A stretch of DNA of 64,000 nt from Neisseriaceae bacterium (GCA_027484385.1 JAIXTB010000133.1:714-64713), one strand, 5' to 3'. Counted from the first letter of the stretch, positions 49,265 to 59,022 are shown. Notes: generated by a model from the letters alone, not told the origin. A program made the numbers and translations.

Positions 49265-49993
49265 ATGCCAAGGTTTTTTATAGATATTGCCCTTGCTGCC
49301 GGGCAAACCCTGGCACTGCCGGATACGGTAGTGCGCCATGTGCAGGTGTTGCGCCTGCGCGCCGGTGACGGCATCACGCTGTTTAACGGCCGTGGCGGCG
49401 AGTACCAGGCAACGCTGACCGATATCGCCAAACGCGACGTTAGCTGCACGATCACGGCATTTGACGACACCAGCCGCGAATCACCGGTATGGCTGGGGCT
49501 GGCGCAGGCCATTTCCAGCGGCGACCGCATGGAGTTCACCCTGCAAAAAGGCGTGGAAATGGGCGTCAGCGCCTTTCAACCGCTGGCCACCGAACGCAGC
49601 ATCGTGAAGCTGGTCGGCGACCGCGCCGACAAACGCGTGCAGCGCTGGCAGGAGATCGTGATCGCCGCGTGCGAGCAAAGCGGGCGCAACACCGTGCCCG
49701 AGGTGCGCCCCATCCTGACGCTGAAACAGTGGCTGGCCAGCCTGCCCGCGGCCGATGCCCACCTGCTGCTGTCGCCGCTGGGTACGCAAAAGCTGGTGGA
49801 TATCGCCCGCGCGCCGCAACAGGCGTGGCTGATGGCTGGGCCGGAAGGCGGGCTGTCTGGCGCGGAAGAGCAGCAGGCCATTAACGCAGGCTGGACGCCA
49901 CTGAAACTGGGGCCGCGCATCCTGCGCACCGAAACGGCGGCACTGGCGGCGGTAGGCGCCATCCAGACGGTGTGGGGCGACTACAGCGTGTAG
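49265..49993 (+). CDS. rsmE: 16S rRNA m3U1498 methyltransferase
   Basis: H..VLRL, LQKGVEMG, EQSGR, GPEGG, LGPRILRTETA. Confidence 0.95.
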   Translation: MPRFFIDIALAAGQTLALPDTVVRHVQVLRLRAGDGITLFNGRGGEYQATLTDIAKRDVSCTITAFDDTSRESPVWLGLAQAISSGDRMEFTLQKGVEMGVSAFQPLATERSIVKLVGDRADKRVQRWQEIVIAACEQSGRNTVPEVRPILTLKQWLASLPAADAHLLLSPLGTQKLVDIARAPQQAWLMAGPEGGLSGAEEQQAINAGWTPLKLGPRILRTETAALAAVGAIQTVWGDYSV

Positions 49994-50009
49994 CCACACC
50001 CTGAAACAC

Positions 50010-50045
50010 AAAGCGGCCGGGCATCTCTGCCTGGCCGCTTTTTTG
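50010..50045. terminator. Terminator between convergent rsmE and GNAT genes
   Basis: AAAGCGGCCGGGCA-tctc-TGCCTGGCCGCTTTTTT. Confidence 0.8.
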
Positions 50046-50056
50046 TTTGCTGCGTA

Positions 50057-50560
50057 TTACAGCCGCCGCCCGCATACCGCGGTACGGCGGCTGCCGCTAG
50101 GGCGGCGCGCCGGGTCGTCGTACACGCCCAGCTGTTGCAGGCCGGCTTTGCGCATCATGCCGGCGGACGGGCCGTTTTCTTCGTGGCGGTCGGCCACCAC
50201 CCAGGCCTGGCCCTGGCCAGCCAGCTTCTGGCACACGCTGTTCAGCAACCGGGCGCCAATGCCCTGGCCGGCGTAGTCGCGGTGCACCACGGCTTCCACG
50301 ATATAGCTGCACTGCAGCGGGGCAATATCGTCGGGGCGCAGGCTGGGGTAGGGGTCGGCCTGGCGGTACAGTACCGCCCCCACCAGCGTACTGCCATCTT
50401 CGGCCAGTACGCCGCCAGCCAAGCCGGCGACCAGCTGCTGGATGGTACGCGCCACGCCTTCGGGCGGTAGCCAGTTCCACATATTGGGGCCATGGTCGAA
50501 TAGCAGGCTTTGTACGCTATCGGCGTCGAATGCACTGGCATCACGCAGCAAAATCGCCAT
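50057..50560 (-). CDS. GNAT-family N-acetyltransferase
   Basis: EAVVHRDYAGQGIGARLL motif. Confidence 0.82.
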   Translation of the reverse strand: MAILLRDASAFDADSVQSLLFDHGPNMWNWLPPEGVARTIQQLVAGLAGGVLAEDGSTLVGAVLYRQADPYPSLRPDDIAPLQCSYIVEAVVHRDYAGQGIGARLLNSVCQKLAGQGQAWVVADRHEENGPSAGMMRKAGLQQLGVYDDPARRPSGSRRTAVCGRRL

Positions 50561-51000
50561 CACTGCTCTCCTTCATTTTCTGGTGCAAAGCTGGCCGGCT
50601 CGGGGCGGCTGGCCAGCTGGTCGCGGGTATTTTTCTGTACTGCCACGGCAGCAAACAGGCTCAGCAGGTAGGCCATGGCGTAAAAGCCTTTTTCGCTACC
50701 CAGCAGGGTGGCATTCCACAAGCCAACCGCCAGCAATAACAGGCTGATGCCCACCGACAGCCAGCACAAGCCGTAGTAAATACCGCTGACGGCAATGCCT
50801 TCCAGCCGGTCGCGCACACTTTTTTGCAAGGAGACGGCAGCAAACAGGCCGTATAGCAGCACGGTGAAGTAATAGCCCTTTTCGTTCAGCGGCATGGTGG
50901 CATTCCACAGACCGATAAGGTAGGTGAGCATACCGGCAAACAAGGCGACCCAGGACACGCCGACAAAGGCGGCAGAGGGCGGGGCGATGCGGGGCTTCAT
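50560..51000 (-). CDS. yiaA: Inner membrane protein YiaA
   Basis: [31 protein letters not shown] duplicated repeat. Confidence 0.88.
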   Translation of the reverse strand: MKPRIAPPSAAFVGVSWVALFAGMLTYLIGLWNATMPLNEKGYYFTVLLYGLFAAVSLQKSVRDRLEGIAVSGIYYGLCWLSVGISLLLLAVGLWNATLLGSEKGFYAMAYLLSLFAAVAVQKNTRDQLASRPEPASFAPENEGEQ

Positions 51001-52013
51001 GGGGTATCTCCTGCGGTGGTAGCGGGGTGGTAGTGCTGTTCCAGGGTGGCGTGGCCATGCGCTACATGCAGCGTGGCCCAGGCGCCGTTCATCAGGGTCC
51101 ATTGCGGTGGTACATGGCCGATGTCGGCATCCAGTACCAGCGGGCAGGGCAGGCCGTCCAGCGCTTGCATGACGGCTTCTTCGTACTGCAGGTCGCCCGG
51201 CTGCGCGGCCTCGGGGCCGCTGCTGCGCCCCAGTATCAGCCCGGCCAGGCTATCGAACGCCCCGGCCAGGCGCATGGCGGTCAGGGCGCGGGCGAGCTCG
51301 CACGGGGCCAGCTCGCAGTTTTCCAGGTACAGCAGCACGGGTTGGCCGCGCCAGGCTTGCAGGTCGAAGTATGGCGTGGTGGCCAGGCGCGACAGCGTAT
51401 CCAGGCAGCCACCGATCAACCGGCCGGCCATGCTGGCCTGTGCAGCCCCTGCCACACGCACGCGGCTGTTTTTAGTTACACCGGGGTCGCCAAACGGCCA
51501 AAAGTGCGTGAAGGCCTGCTGGCGAGGCGGCAAACCGTGCTGCCAGCTGTGCCACAGCGGCTGCATTTCGCTTTGGCGGGCCGGGTGGCTGATATCAAAC
51601 ACGTTCGGGCTGTGCAGCGTGGCCCAGCCGGCGCGCAGGGTAAACGGTACCGCCAGCGTGGACACATCAGAAAAGCCGCACAGCCATTTGGGCGGCAATG
51701 CGGCCAACCTTGGCCAGTCCAGCCCGGCCAGCAGCTGCATGGCCAGCTCGCCACCCCAGGGCGGCAAAATAGCCTTGATCTCCGGGTCGTACAGAAAACC
51801 GTTGAGCTCTGCCAGCCGGGTAGCGGCACTGGCACTGGCGTTTTTTTCTTGCCGGCGCAGGGTGTCGCCCTCCACCACCTGGTAGCCGGCCGCACGCAGG
51901 GCGGCAATAGAAGCGTCCAGGCGGGCGTGCATCACCTCGGGGACACCGGAGGACACCGCGCACAGCGCCAGCGTGTCACCGGGCTGCAATGGGGCAGGAA
52001 AGCGCAAGTTCAT
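50997..52013 (-). CDS. S66-family LD-carboxypeptidase (MccF-like)
   Basis: GFSDVS (Ser), LYLENCE (Glu), DIGH (His) triad; PPWGGE. Confidence 0.85.
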   Translation of the reverse strand: MNLRFPAPLQPGDTLALCAVSSGVPEVMHARLDASIAALRAAGYQVVEGDTLRRQEKNASASAATRLAELNGFLYDPEIKAILPPWGGELAMQLLAGLDWPRLAALPPKWLCGFSDVSTLAVPFTLRAGWATLHSPNVFDISHPARQSEMQPLWHSWQHGLPPRQQAFTHFWPFGDPGVTKNSRVRVAGAAQASMAGRLIGGCLDTLSRLATTPYFDLQAWRGQPVLLYLENCELAPCELARALTAMRLAGAFDSLAGLILGRSSGPEAAQPGDLQYEEAVMQALDGLPCPLVLDADIGHVPPQWTLMNGAWATLHVAHGHATLEQHYHPATTAGDTP

Positions 52014-52158
52014 GGCAGGGGCAGCGGGTTAGGGCCCCCCATTACAGCAGCAATTCTCATTCATGACAAAAGCTTGGCGTGCCGTGCTTATCGAAATCTG
52101 ACAGCTAAAACACCAGCCCGGCGAATGTCGTGCCAGCCAGGCTGCTGGTCTGGCCAGT

Positions 52159-52331
52159 TGTGGATAAACCGGGCCTGGTTGTTTATGGCGCTGAAATCTT
52201 GTTTAAAAACAGCAGCTTGGTTGGCCAAATCTGTTTACCCACAGGCATGGCCTCATAGCGCCAAGCTTGCCACCTGCTGCTTTTACACACGCGCTATGGC
52301 AAAAAACGGCTGCTTTAGCCGTTTATCCACA
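52159..52331. promoter_or_regulatory. DnaA-box group left of the glycosyltransferase gene
   Basis: Perfect TTATCCACA at 52159-52167 (minus) and 52323-52331 (plus); one-mismatch TTACCCACA at 52235. Confidence 0.65.
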
Positions 52332-52344
52332 GCCAACAGCTCAT

Positions 52345-53103
52345 CTAGCGGGTTTTCCCCAGGCGGTGCAGCTCGATCAGCTTGGCGTATTTGATATAGC
52401 TGTTAAAGCAGCCAATGCTGATGTGCACCAGCCCCGGCAAACCATCGCGAAAGCCCTGTCGCACCAGGTAAAACTTGATAAATCGCGTCAGCGGGCTGAA
52501 CACCAGCTTGGCCACACCACACTTTTTGCCACGCTGGTACAGCGCATCGGCCTGCAAGCTGGTGTAGCGGTTCTGTTTTGTCAGGTAGAGCGCAATGTCT
52601 TCGCCAGACTCGTGCATCAGGTCGCCTGCCAGCGTGCCAACCTGGCCATCGGTCTGTACATACTCGTGTACCACGTCATCCGACCAGCGGGCGTGCTGGC
52701 GGTGAAACAGGCGCAGGCTGTAATCCGGGTAGCCTTCGCCAAATTTCAGAAAACGCCCCATGAACTTGTTGCTACGGGCAAAACGCCAGGCATAGCCGCG
52801 TGGTTTTTTAAGCAAGTTCATGATTTCATGGCGTAATTTTTCAGATAGCCATTCGTCGGCATCCAGACATAACACCCAGTCGTGGCTGGCCTGTGCCACG
52901 GCAAACTGCTTCTGCGGGCCAAAACCCAGCCAGTCCTGGTGGATAACTTTTGCCTTATAGGCAGAAGCTATTGCCAATGTCCTGTCCGTACTTCCCGAAT
53001 CCACCACCACGATCTCGTCGGCAAAAGCACAGCTTTGCAGACATTTTTCCAGCTGGTTTTCTGCATTTTTGGTGATAAGCACCACGCTTAGCGCTTCAGA
53101 CAT
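52345..53103 (-). CDS. GT2 LPS core glycosyltransferase (KdtX/WaaE-like)
   Basis: VVDSGSTD.T, W.GFG.QKQFA, LDADE, H..V.E motifs. Confidence 0.88.
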   Translation of the reverse strand: MSEALSVVLITKNAENQLEKCLQSCAFADEIVVVDSGSTDRTLAIASAYKAKVIHQDWLGFGPQKQFAVAQASHDWVLCLDADEWLSEKLRHEIMNLLKKPRGYAWRFARSNKFMGRFLKFGEGYPDYSLRLFHRQHARWSDDVVHEYVQTDGQVGTLAGDLMHESGEDIALYLTKQNRYTSLQADALYQRGKKCGVAKLVFSPLTRFIKFYLVRQGFRDGLPGLVHISIGCFNSYIKYAKLIELHRLGKTR

Positions 53104-53109
53104 ACTTTC

Positions 53110-53689
53110 TAGACTGTCCAGTAATTAAATTGATAAGGGCTGATGAAGGACATCATCGGCTGTGGATAAGCCTGTTTTCCTGTTTTTTTTCAAACGCTTG
53201 CGCTACATGAACAGCTGTGCTTGTCTGGCCTGTTTTGTGGTGCAAGCTTTGTGGATAAATTGGCGCTTATGTGATTAACCCGGTTTGTCCACACGCCTAA
53301 GCCTGCTTTTACCTGCTGCCTGTGCATCAAGTGTGCCATGACGGCTGGTCTGCAGCGAAGCGTATTGCGTGAGCCACCCGGTTTTGACTTTCTGCAGACC
53401 GCTGTTTTTTGTTGCCGCATTGGCTAGCCGTTTCGCACCTCACGCTTTCATTGTTTTCACATTAGTTATTTGAAGACAATGATATACAAGACCATTTGCT
53501 GTGGATAAGTATAAAAAACAACTTTCTTTCAAGGTGTTAACATGTGTGTGGCTACCCTATTAACCCCGTCTGCGTTGACGGGAGCCTTTGTGGATAACTA
53601 TGACCTTTCTTATCCACAGCGCTTTATCCACATTCGGGTCGCCGCGATTTTACTTGGTTAACCACAGGGGCAGCCGTAAAATTCCGCGC
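53110..53689. other. Candidate replication origin (oriC): DnaA-box cluster and AT-rich tract
   Basis: Perfect DnaA boxes at 53161, 53250, 53500, 53589 (minus) and 53610, 53624 (plus); near matches at 53285 and 53658; 53461-53520 is about 27% GC. Confidence 0.7.
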
Positions 53690-54649
53690 ATGAAAAATGT
53701 CCTCCTGCTGCGCACATCATCGATGGGCGACCTTATCCACACCTGGCCGGCACTCACCGACCTGGCACGACACCAGCCCGATACCCGCATCACCTGGCTG
53801 GCCGAAGAAGCCTTTGTGGATATCCCCGGCCTGCACCCGCAAGTACAGGCCACGCTGCCCATTGCCTGGCGCCGCTGGCGCAAGCATTTGCTCGCGCGCG
53901 ATACCTGGCAGCAGATGGCGGCACTGAAAGCATCATTACAAAGCACGCGCTGGGATCTGGTGCTGGACGCACAAGGCCTGTTGAAAAGTGCGCTGCCGGG
54001 CTGGCTGGCCAACGGCCCGCTGGCCGGCTACGACGCCGCCAGCATCCGTGAACCGTTGGCCGCACGTTTTTATCAGCGCCACTACACCGTCAGCCGCCAG
54101 CTGTCAGCCATCGAGCGCAACCGCCGCCTGTTTGCCGCAGCTTTCGGCTATGAAGTAAGCGGCGCGCCGGTGTTTGGCATCCGCGCCGGTGCCCGCCCGG
54201 GCTGGCTGCCCGCCGGGCACTACGCCGTGTTGCTGCACGCCACCAGTCGCGACAGCAAGCTGTGGCCCGAGCCGCACTGGCTGGCACTGGCGGCCGAGCT
54301 GGCCGCACAAGGGCTGTATGCAGTACTGCCGTGGGGCAATGCGGTGGAGCAAGCGCGGGCAGAGCGCTTGGCCGCCGCCATGCCGGGTGCGCTGGTGGCA
54401 CCGCGCATGCCGCTGCGCGATGCAGCAGCGCTGCTGGGCCACGCCGCTGCCGTGGTGGGGGTGGATACCGGCCTGACCCATCTGGCCAACGCGCTGGATG
54501 TGCCATTGGTGGCGATCTATACCGATACCGACCCGGCGCTCACCGGCGTAATAGAAACCACGCGTGCGGCCAACATTGGCCAGGCTGGGCAGGTACCGCC
54601 GGTAGGCGCGGTGCTGGCGCTGCTGGCCCGCGTGCGGGGGGCGGCCTGA
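53690..54649 (+). CDS. waaC: Lipopolysaccharide heptosyltransferase I
   Basis: RTSSMGDLIH, DAQGLLKSA, VGVDTGLTHLA. Confidence 0.9.
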   Translation: MKNVLLLRTSSMGDLIHTWPALTDLARHQPDTRITWLAEEAFVDIPGLHPQVQATLPIAWRRWRKHLLARDTWQQMAALKASLQSTRWDLVLDAQGLLKSALPGWLANGPLAGYDAASIREPLAARFYQRHYTVSRQLSAIERNRRLFAAAFGYEVSGAPVFGIRAGARPGWLPAGHYAVLLHATSRDSKLWPEPHWLALAAELAAQGLYAVLPWGNAVEQARAERLAAAMPGALVAPRMPLRDAAALLGHAAAVVGVDTGLTHLANALDVPLVAIYTDTDPALTGVIETTRAANIGQAGQVPPVGAVLALLARVRGAA

Positions 54650-55896
54650 TGCTGCTGCAGCTGTATTCCGCCCTGTGGCCGCTGCTCACCCCATTGATCA
54701 AGCGTTACCTGAAAAAGCGCGCCCGCCAGGCACCGGCTTATCTTGAACACTGGGACGAGCGCTTCGGCCGCAGCCTGCCGCAGCCACGCGGGCAGCAGAT
54801 CTGGCTGCACGCCGTGTCGGTGGGCGAAACCCGCGCTGCGCTGCCGCTTGTGAAAGCCTTGCGCGCACGTTATCCCCAGGCCAGCCTGCTGATTACCCAG
54901 ATGACGCCCACCGGCCGGGCCACCGCGCAAGAGCTGTACCCAGACGCCCAGGTGCATTACCTGCCGTACGACAATCTGCGCTGGATGCGCCGTTTCGTTG
55001 CCGCCGCGCAGCCTGCCTGCCTGTTGCTGATGGAAACCGAAATCTGGCCGGCCATGATCCACGCCTGCCGCGACGCCAACGTGCCGGTACTGCTGGTGAA
55101 CGCGCGGCTGTCGGAAAAATCCGCCCGCGGTTACCAGCGCATACGCCGCCTGGTACGCCCGGCCCTGCAGCGCCTGAACGCCGTGGCCGCGCAAAGCCCC
55201 GACGACGCCGCCAGGTTGGCCGCATTAGGCACGCCGCCACCGCTGGTGTGCGGCAGCACCAAGTACGATTTCACCCCACCCGCCGACAAGCTGGCGCTGG
55301 GCGAGGCCTTCCGTGCCCGCATCGGTGCGCGCCCGGTGTGGGTGTGCGCCAGCACGCGGGATGGCGAAGAAGCGCTGATTCTGGATGCCTGGCGCGCCGC
55401 CGGCCCGCAGCAGGCCTTGCTGGTGCTGGTGCCGCGCCACCCCGAGCGCTTTGCCGAGGCGGCACAGTTGGCCGCCGCGCGGGGTTTTGCCGTACAGCGC
55501 CGTAGCGACCAGGCCGCGGTGGCCGCCGACACCCAAGTGTGGGTGGGCGACAGCATGGGCGAGCTGTTTGCCTATTACGCCGCCGCCGATGTGGCCTTTG
55601 TTGGCGGCTCGCTGCTGGATTTTGGCGCGCAGAACCTGATCGAGCCGGCGAGCGCAGGCATTCCTGTACTCCTGGGGCCCTCCACCTATAATTTTGCCGA
55701 GGCCAGCGCGCTGGCCCTGCAGGCGGGCGCAGCGCGCCAGGTGCACGACGCAAGCCAGCTGGTCGCCACGGCATTGCAGCTGCTGGCCGACACCGATGCC
55801 CGCCAGCGTATGCGCCAGGCTGGCCTGGCCTTTACCGCCGCCCACCGTGGCGCCAGTGAGCGTATTGCCAGCCTGATCGCAGAAACACTGGGCTAA
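54649..55896 (+). CDS. waaA: Kdo transferase
   Basis: WLHAVSVGE, LPYD, METEIWP, NARLSEKS, VPRHPERF, DSMGEL, AFVGGSL. Confidence 0.95.
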   Translation: MLLQLYSALWPLLTPLIKRYLKKRARQAPAYLEHWDERFGRSLPQPRGQQIWLHAVSVGETRAALPLVKALRARYPQASLLITQMTPTGRATAQELYPDAQVHYLPYDNLRWMRRFVAAAQPACLLLMETEIWPAMIHACRDANVPVLLVNARLSEKSARGYQRIRRLVRPALQRLNAVAAQSPDDAARLAALGTPPPLVCGSTKYDFTPPADKLALGEAFRARIGARPVWVCASTRDGEEALILDAWRAAGPQQALLVLVPRHPERFAEAAQLAAARGFAVQRRSDQAAVAADTQVWVGDSMGELFAYYAAADVAFVGGSLLDFGAQNLIEPASAGIPVLLGPSTYNFAEASALALQAGAARQVHDASQLVATALQLLADTDARQRMRQAGLAFTAAHRGASERIASLIAETLG

Positions 55897-55970
55897 GCCC
55901 GCGCGGCGCGCTGTCGCAGGCAGGCTTTCACGCCGCGGCATGCGCGGCGATACCGTTTATCGGAGGTGGC

Positions 55971-56501
55971 ATGCCGGATTACCCCTTAGCCGACCCCTTG
56001 CTGGACGGGGTCTATACCAGCCGCTTGCGCCTGGCTGCCCCGCAGCCGGGCGACGGCGCGGCATTGCAGGCCGCCATCGAGGCCAGCCTGCCGCTGCTGC
56101 GTTGTTTTCCCGACAGCCTGCCGTGGGCGCAGCCGCCACAGCACGCCGAGGCCTGCGAAGCCTGGTGTCGCAAGGTGGCGCTGGTGTGGCCGCAAGGGCA
56201 GGACAAGATTGCCCTGCTTTGGCTGGGGGGCGAGATAGTGGGCTGTTGCGAGTTGCACCTGCGCAGCGCGCAGTGCTGGGAGCTGGGTTTTTGGGGCCAC
56301 CCGGACTGGCTGGGGCTGGGTTTGTATACCGAAGCCACCGACAGCATGTTATCGCTGGCGTTTGGCCCCTACGGCGCGCAGGAGGTGTACGCCTGTACCG
56401 CTGCGGCCAACCATGCCGCACGGCGCCTGTGCCAGCGCCTGGGCATGGTGGAGAGCTGGCAGGATGACAGCAGCTGCCACTACCGAATACGGCTGAATTA
56501 G
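55971..56501 (+). CDS. RimJ/RimL-family GNAT acetyltransferase
   Basis: TSRLRL, ELGFW...G.G..TEA, N.AARRL..RLG. Confidence 0.78.
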   Translation: MPDYPLADPLLDGVYTSRLRLAAPQPGDGAALQAAIEASLPLLRCFPDSLPWAQPPQHAEACEAWCRKVALVWPQGQDKIALLWLGGEIVGCCELHLRSAQCWELGFWGHPDWLGLGLYTEATDSMLSLAFGPYGAQEVYACTAAANHAARRLCQRLGMVESWQDDSSCHYRIRLN

Positions 56502-56579
56502 CCCCTGTTAACACCGTGTCTGATGCGGCATTGTCGGCCGGCCTGCCGACACGCTGGAGCTGTTTGTGTACCGGCAGAG

Positions 56580-56612
56580 AAAAAACCCCGCCAGCAAGCT
56601 GACGGGGTTTTT
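56580..56612. terminator. Bidirectional terminator
   Basis: AAAAAACCCCGCCAGC-aa-GCTGACGGGGTTTTT between convergent genes. Confidence 0.8.
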
Positions 56613-56630
56613 GTAGGCTGCCTGGCCGTA

Positions 56631-57212
56631 TCAGGCCGGGCGGTAGATCAGGCGGTTTTCAAACAGCACTTCCTGTTCGGCCAGCTGAAAGCTGCCACCT
56701 GGCGGTACCGCCCGTTCGTATACCAGGCGCTGGCCGTTGTTCATGATCCAGGCGTGAATGGGCTGGCCCATGAAGTTGCCCAGGATTTCTTCCGACTTCT
56801 GCATCATGGCGCTGTCTGCCAGCTGGGTACCACGCGGCGCGGCCGGCTCGGTGGTGTGGGCCTCCACCTCTTGTTGGGCCATGCGCCAGTCGCTTTGCTG
56901 GCGGAACGTCTGCACGTGTTTGCGCGCCCCCCACTGCAGCATCATGCGGTACAGGAATACCGGCAGGCCCACGGCGTGTACCTGCTTGTATTCGTCGATC
57001 ACGCACTTCACCACAAAGCTGTGCTGGCAGTGCGGGCAGTGGCCGTCGGCCAGCACGAATACCTTGTCTTTCAGCAGCAGGGCCATGCCTTCCATTGCCG
57101 AGGCTTTCACCAGCTGCTTGCAGTGCGGGCAATGCTTGGCAAAACGGCTTACCGTAGTGCCATTGGGGTAGGTAATGGGAAAGAAACGGTCCAGGCGGTC
57201 GGGTTGGATCAT
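56631..57212 (-). CDS. Hypothetical protein with two CPHC zinc-ribbon motifs
   Basis: HCPHCKQ and HCPHCQH; typical codon usage. Confidence 0.65.
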   Translation of the reverse strand: MIQPDRLDRFFPITYPNGTTVSRFAKHCPHCKQLVKASAMEGMALLLKDKVFVLADGHCPHCQHSFVVKCVIDEYKQVHAVGLPVFLYRMMLQWGARKHVQTFRQQSDWRMAQQEVEAHTTEPAAPRGTQLADSAMMQKSEEILGNFMGQPIHAWIMNNGQRLVYERAVPPGGSFQLAEQEVLFENRLIYRPA

Positions 57213-57251
57213 GCTGTTACTCGTGGTATGCGGCGGTGAGGCAAACGCTGA

Positions 57252-58118
57252 TTATACCCCCGCCACGCGCAAATGCTGGCCTAGTGTATGGCTGTCACCC
57301 GGGGCAATCTGGCGGCTGTCCGCCCCGGCATTAGCAGCTTCTACGCATACAAAGTGCTGCCAGCCATCGTCCGGCAGGTCGGCCAGCGCGGCAGCGCCTG
57401 CGGCCCACGGGGTCCACACCACGGTGCTGGCCGAGCCACTGGGCTTGATGCTGACCGTGCGCTGCCAGGCGGCATCGTGCAGTAGCGTGGCGGCACCGCT
57501 GGCGACCACGGCGTCGGTCGGGCCCTCAAAGCGCCACGGGCTGGCGGGCAGGGTGCCGTGGCTGTCGGTCAGCTTGTCGTGGAGTGGGGCGTTTTCCAGG
57601 CCGGCCAGGCTGATCTGGCGGATATCGCCCACGGCGATATAGCTGTGCAGCGCTGCGCTGACGGTGGCCACGGTTTTGCCGTGGTTACGCGTGGTCAGCG
57701 CCATATCCACGCTGTCGCCCAGTACCAGGCTCAGGCTGGACGACAGCTCGCCGTGGCGCGGGCCGTTCAGTTTCACGTGAAACCCCAGCTCGCTGCGGGC
57801 GATGGCGTTGACTGTCCACAGCGCGGTGCGTGCCACGCCGTGCTGCGGCTGGCCAGCGTCGCTGCCATGTTTGCCAAACCACGGCCAGCACAGCGGTACG
57901 CCGCCACGTATGGCCTTGCCCGGCTGCAGTAGCGCCGTAGGGGACAGGTAAAACAAAGGTTGGCCGCCGTGTGGGGTATAGCCCAGCAACTGGCCACCAT
58001 ACAGGCTGAGGGTGGCGGTAAAGGCGGGGTGGGTAAATGCCAGGCCGGGTACGCCAGGGGCCAGCTCGATGGCGCGTACGCCAGCGGGTAACAGATCGGG
58101 GTGTACGGGGTGACTCAT
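57252..58118 (-). CDS. D-hexose-6-phosphate mutarotase (aldose-1-epimerase family)
   Basis: KAIRGGVPLCWPWFG, HG.AR, ALHSY, VVWTPW, FVCVE. Confidence 0.9.
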   Translation of the reverse strand: MSHPVHPDLLPAGVRAIELAPGVPGLAFTHPAFTATLSLYGGQLLGYTPHGGQPLFYLSPTALLQPGKAIRGGVPLCWPWFGKHGSDAGQPQHGVARTALWTVNAIARSELGFHVKLNGPRHGELSSSLSLVLGDSVDMALTTRNHGKTVATVSAALHSYIAVGDIRQISLAGLENAPLHDKLTDSHGTLPASPWRFEGPTDAVVASGAATLLHDAAWQRTVSIKPSGSASTVVWTPWAAGAAALADLPDDGWQHFVCVEAANAGADSRQIAPGDSHTLGQHLRVAGV

Positions 58119-58251
58119 GGCAATTCCATCTGCAAAGGTGGGCGTGGGCCAGGGCAGGCAGGAAGCACCGTGCCGCTGTGCATGCTTTGTCATGCAGCAT
58201 TAAGCTAACTGCTGGCAAGCGCTTTGACCAGTGCCGCGTTACAATCGCGGC

Positions 58252-58977
58252 ATGAGCACGCCCAAACCCGCCGCCAAACCCCATTTCCTGCGCATCCGCG
58301 ATTACATCCTCGACGGCATCAAGCAGCGCACTTTTGCGCCCGGCGCCAAGATTCCGCCCGAGGTAGAGCTGGCGCGCCAGTTTGGCGTGTCGCGCATGAC
58401 AGTGAACAAGGCCATCCGCGACCTGGCCGAAGCGGGTGTGCTGCTGCGTTACGCCGGCGACGGCACCTATGTGGCCGAGCGCAAGGCCGAGTCGCCGCTG
58501 CTGGACGTGAACAATATTGCCGAGGAAATCGCCCTGCGCGGCCACGCCTATCGCGCGCAGGTGCTGTTTGCCCGCGCCGAGCCGGCCAGCGAAGAAGTGG
58601 CCCTGCGCCTGGGCATGGCCGCCGGTGCGGCGGTGTTCCATTCGCTGATCGTGCATCACGAAGACGACAGCCCCATCCAGATCGAAGACCGCTACGTGAA
58701 CCCGCAGTGGGCGCCCGACTACCCGGCGCAGGCCTTCGAGCAGGAAACCCCCAACGCCTACCTGATGCGCACCTGCCCGCTGACCGACGTGGAACACACG
58801 GTCGAGGCGGTGCTACCCGGCAGCGACGAACAGCAGCTGCTGGCGCTCGCGCTACCGGAGCCCTGCCTGCGCGTACTGCGCCGTACCTGGTCCGGCAAGC
58901 ACCTGGTGAGCTTTGCCCGCCTGCTGCACCCCGGCAGCAAGTACAAGCTGCGCTCGCAGACGCGGGTACGCAAGTAG
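58252..58977 (+). CDS. hutC: Histidine utilization repressor (GntR/UTRA)
   Basis: E.ELARQFGVSRMTVNKA, G.GTYV, EDRYVNP, R.TWS, HPGSKY. Confidence 0.9.
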   Translation: MSTPKPAAKPHFLRIRDYILDGIKQRTFAPGAKIPPEVELARQFGVSRMTVNKAIRDLAEAGVLLRYAGDGTYVAERKAESPLLDVNNIAEEIALRGHAYRAQVLFARAEPASEEVALRLGMAAGAAVFHSLIVHHEDDSPIQIEDRYVNPQWAPDYPAQAFEQETPNAYLMRTCPLTDVEHTVEAVLPGSDEQQLLALALPEPCLRVLRRTWSGKHLVSFARLLHPGSKYKLRSQTRVRK

Positions 58978-59022
58978 GCCTGGCCGGCGCGCTGAGTGCT
59001 GCCAGGTCTAGTGTTGCCATGT

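Noticed and set aside
58224-58245. TTGACC...TACAAT as a complete sigma70 promoter for hutC
   Set aside because: The spacer is only 10 nt; only the -10 element is retained as a candidate.
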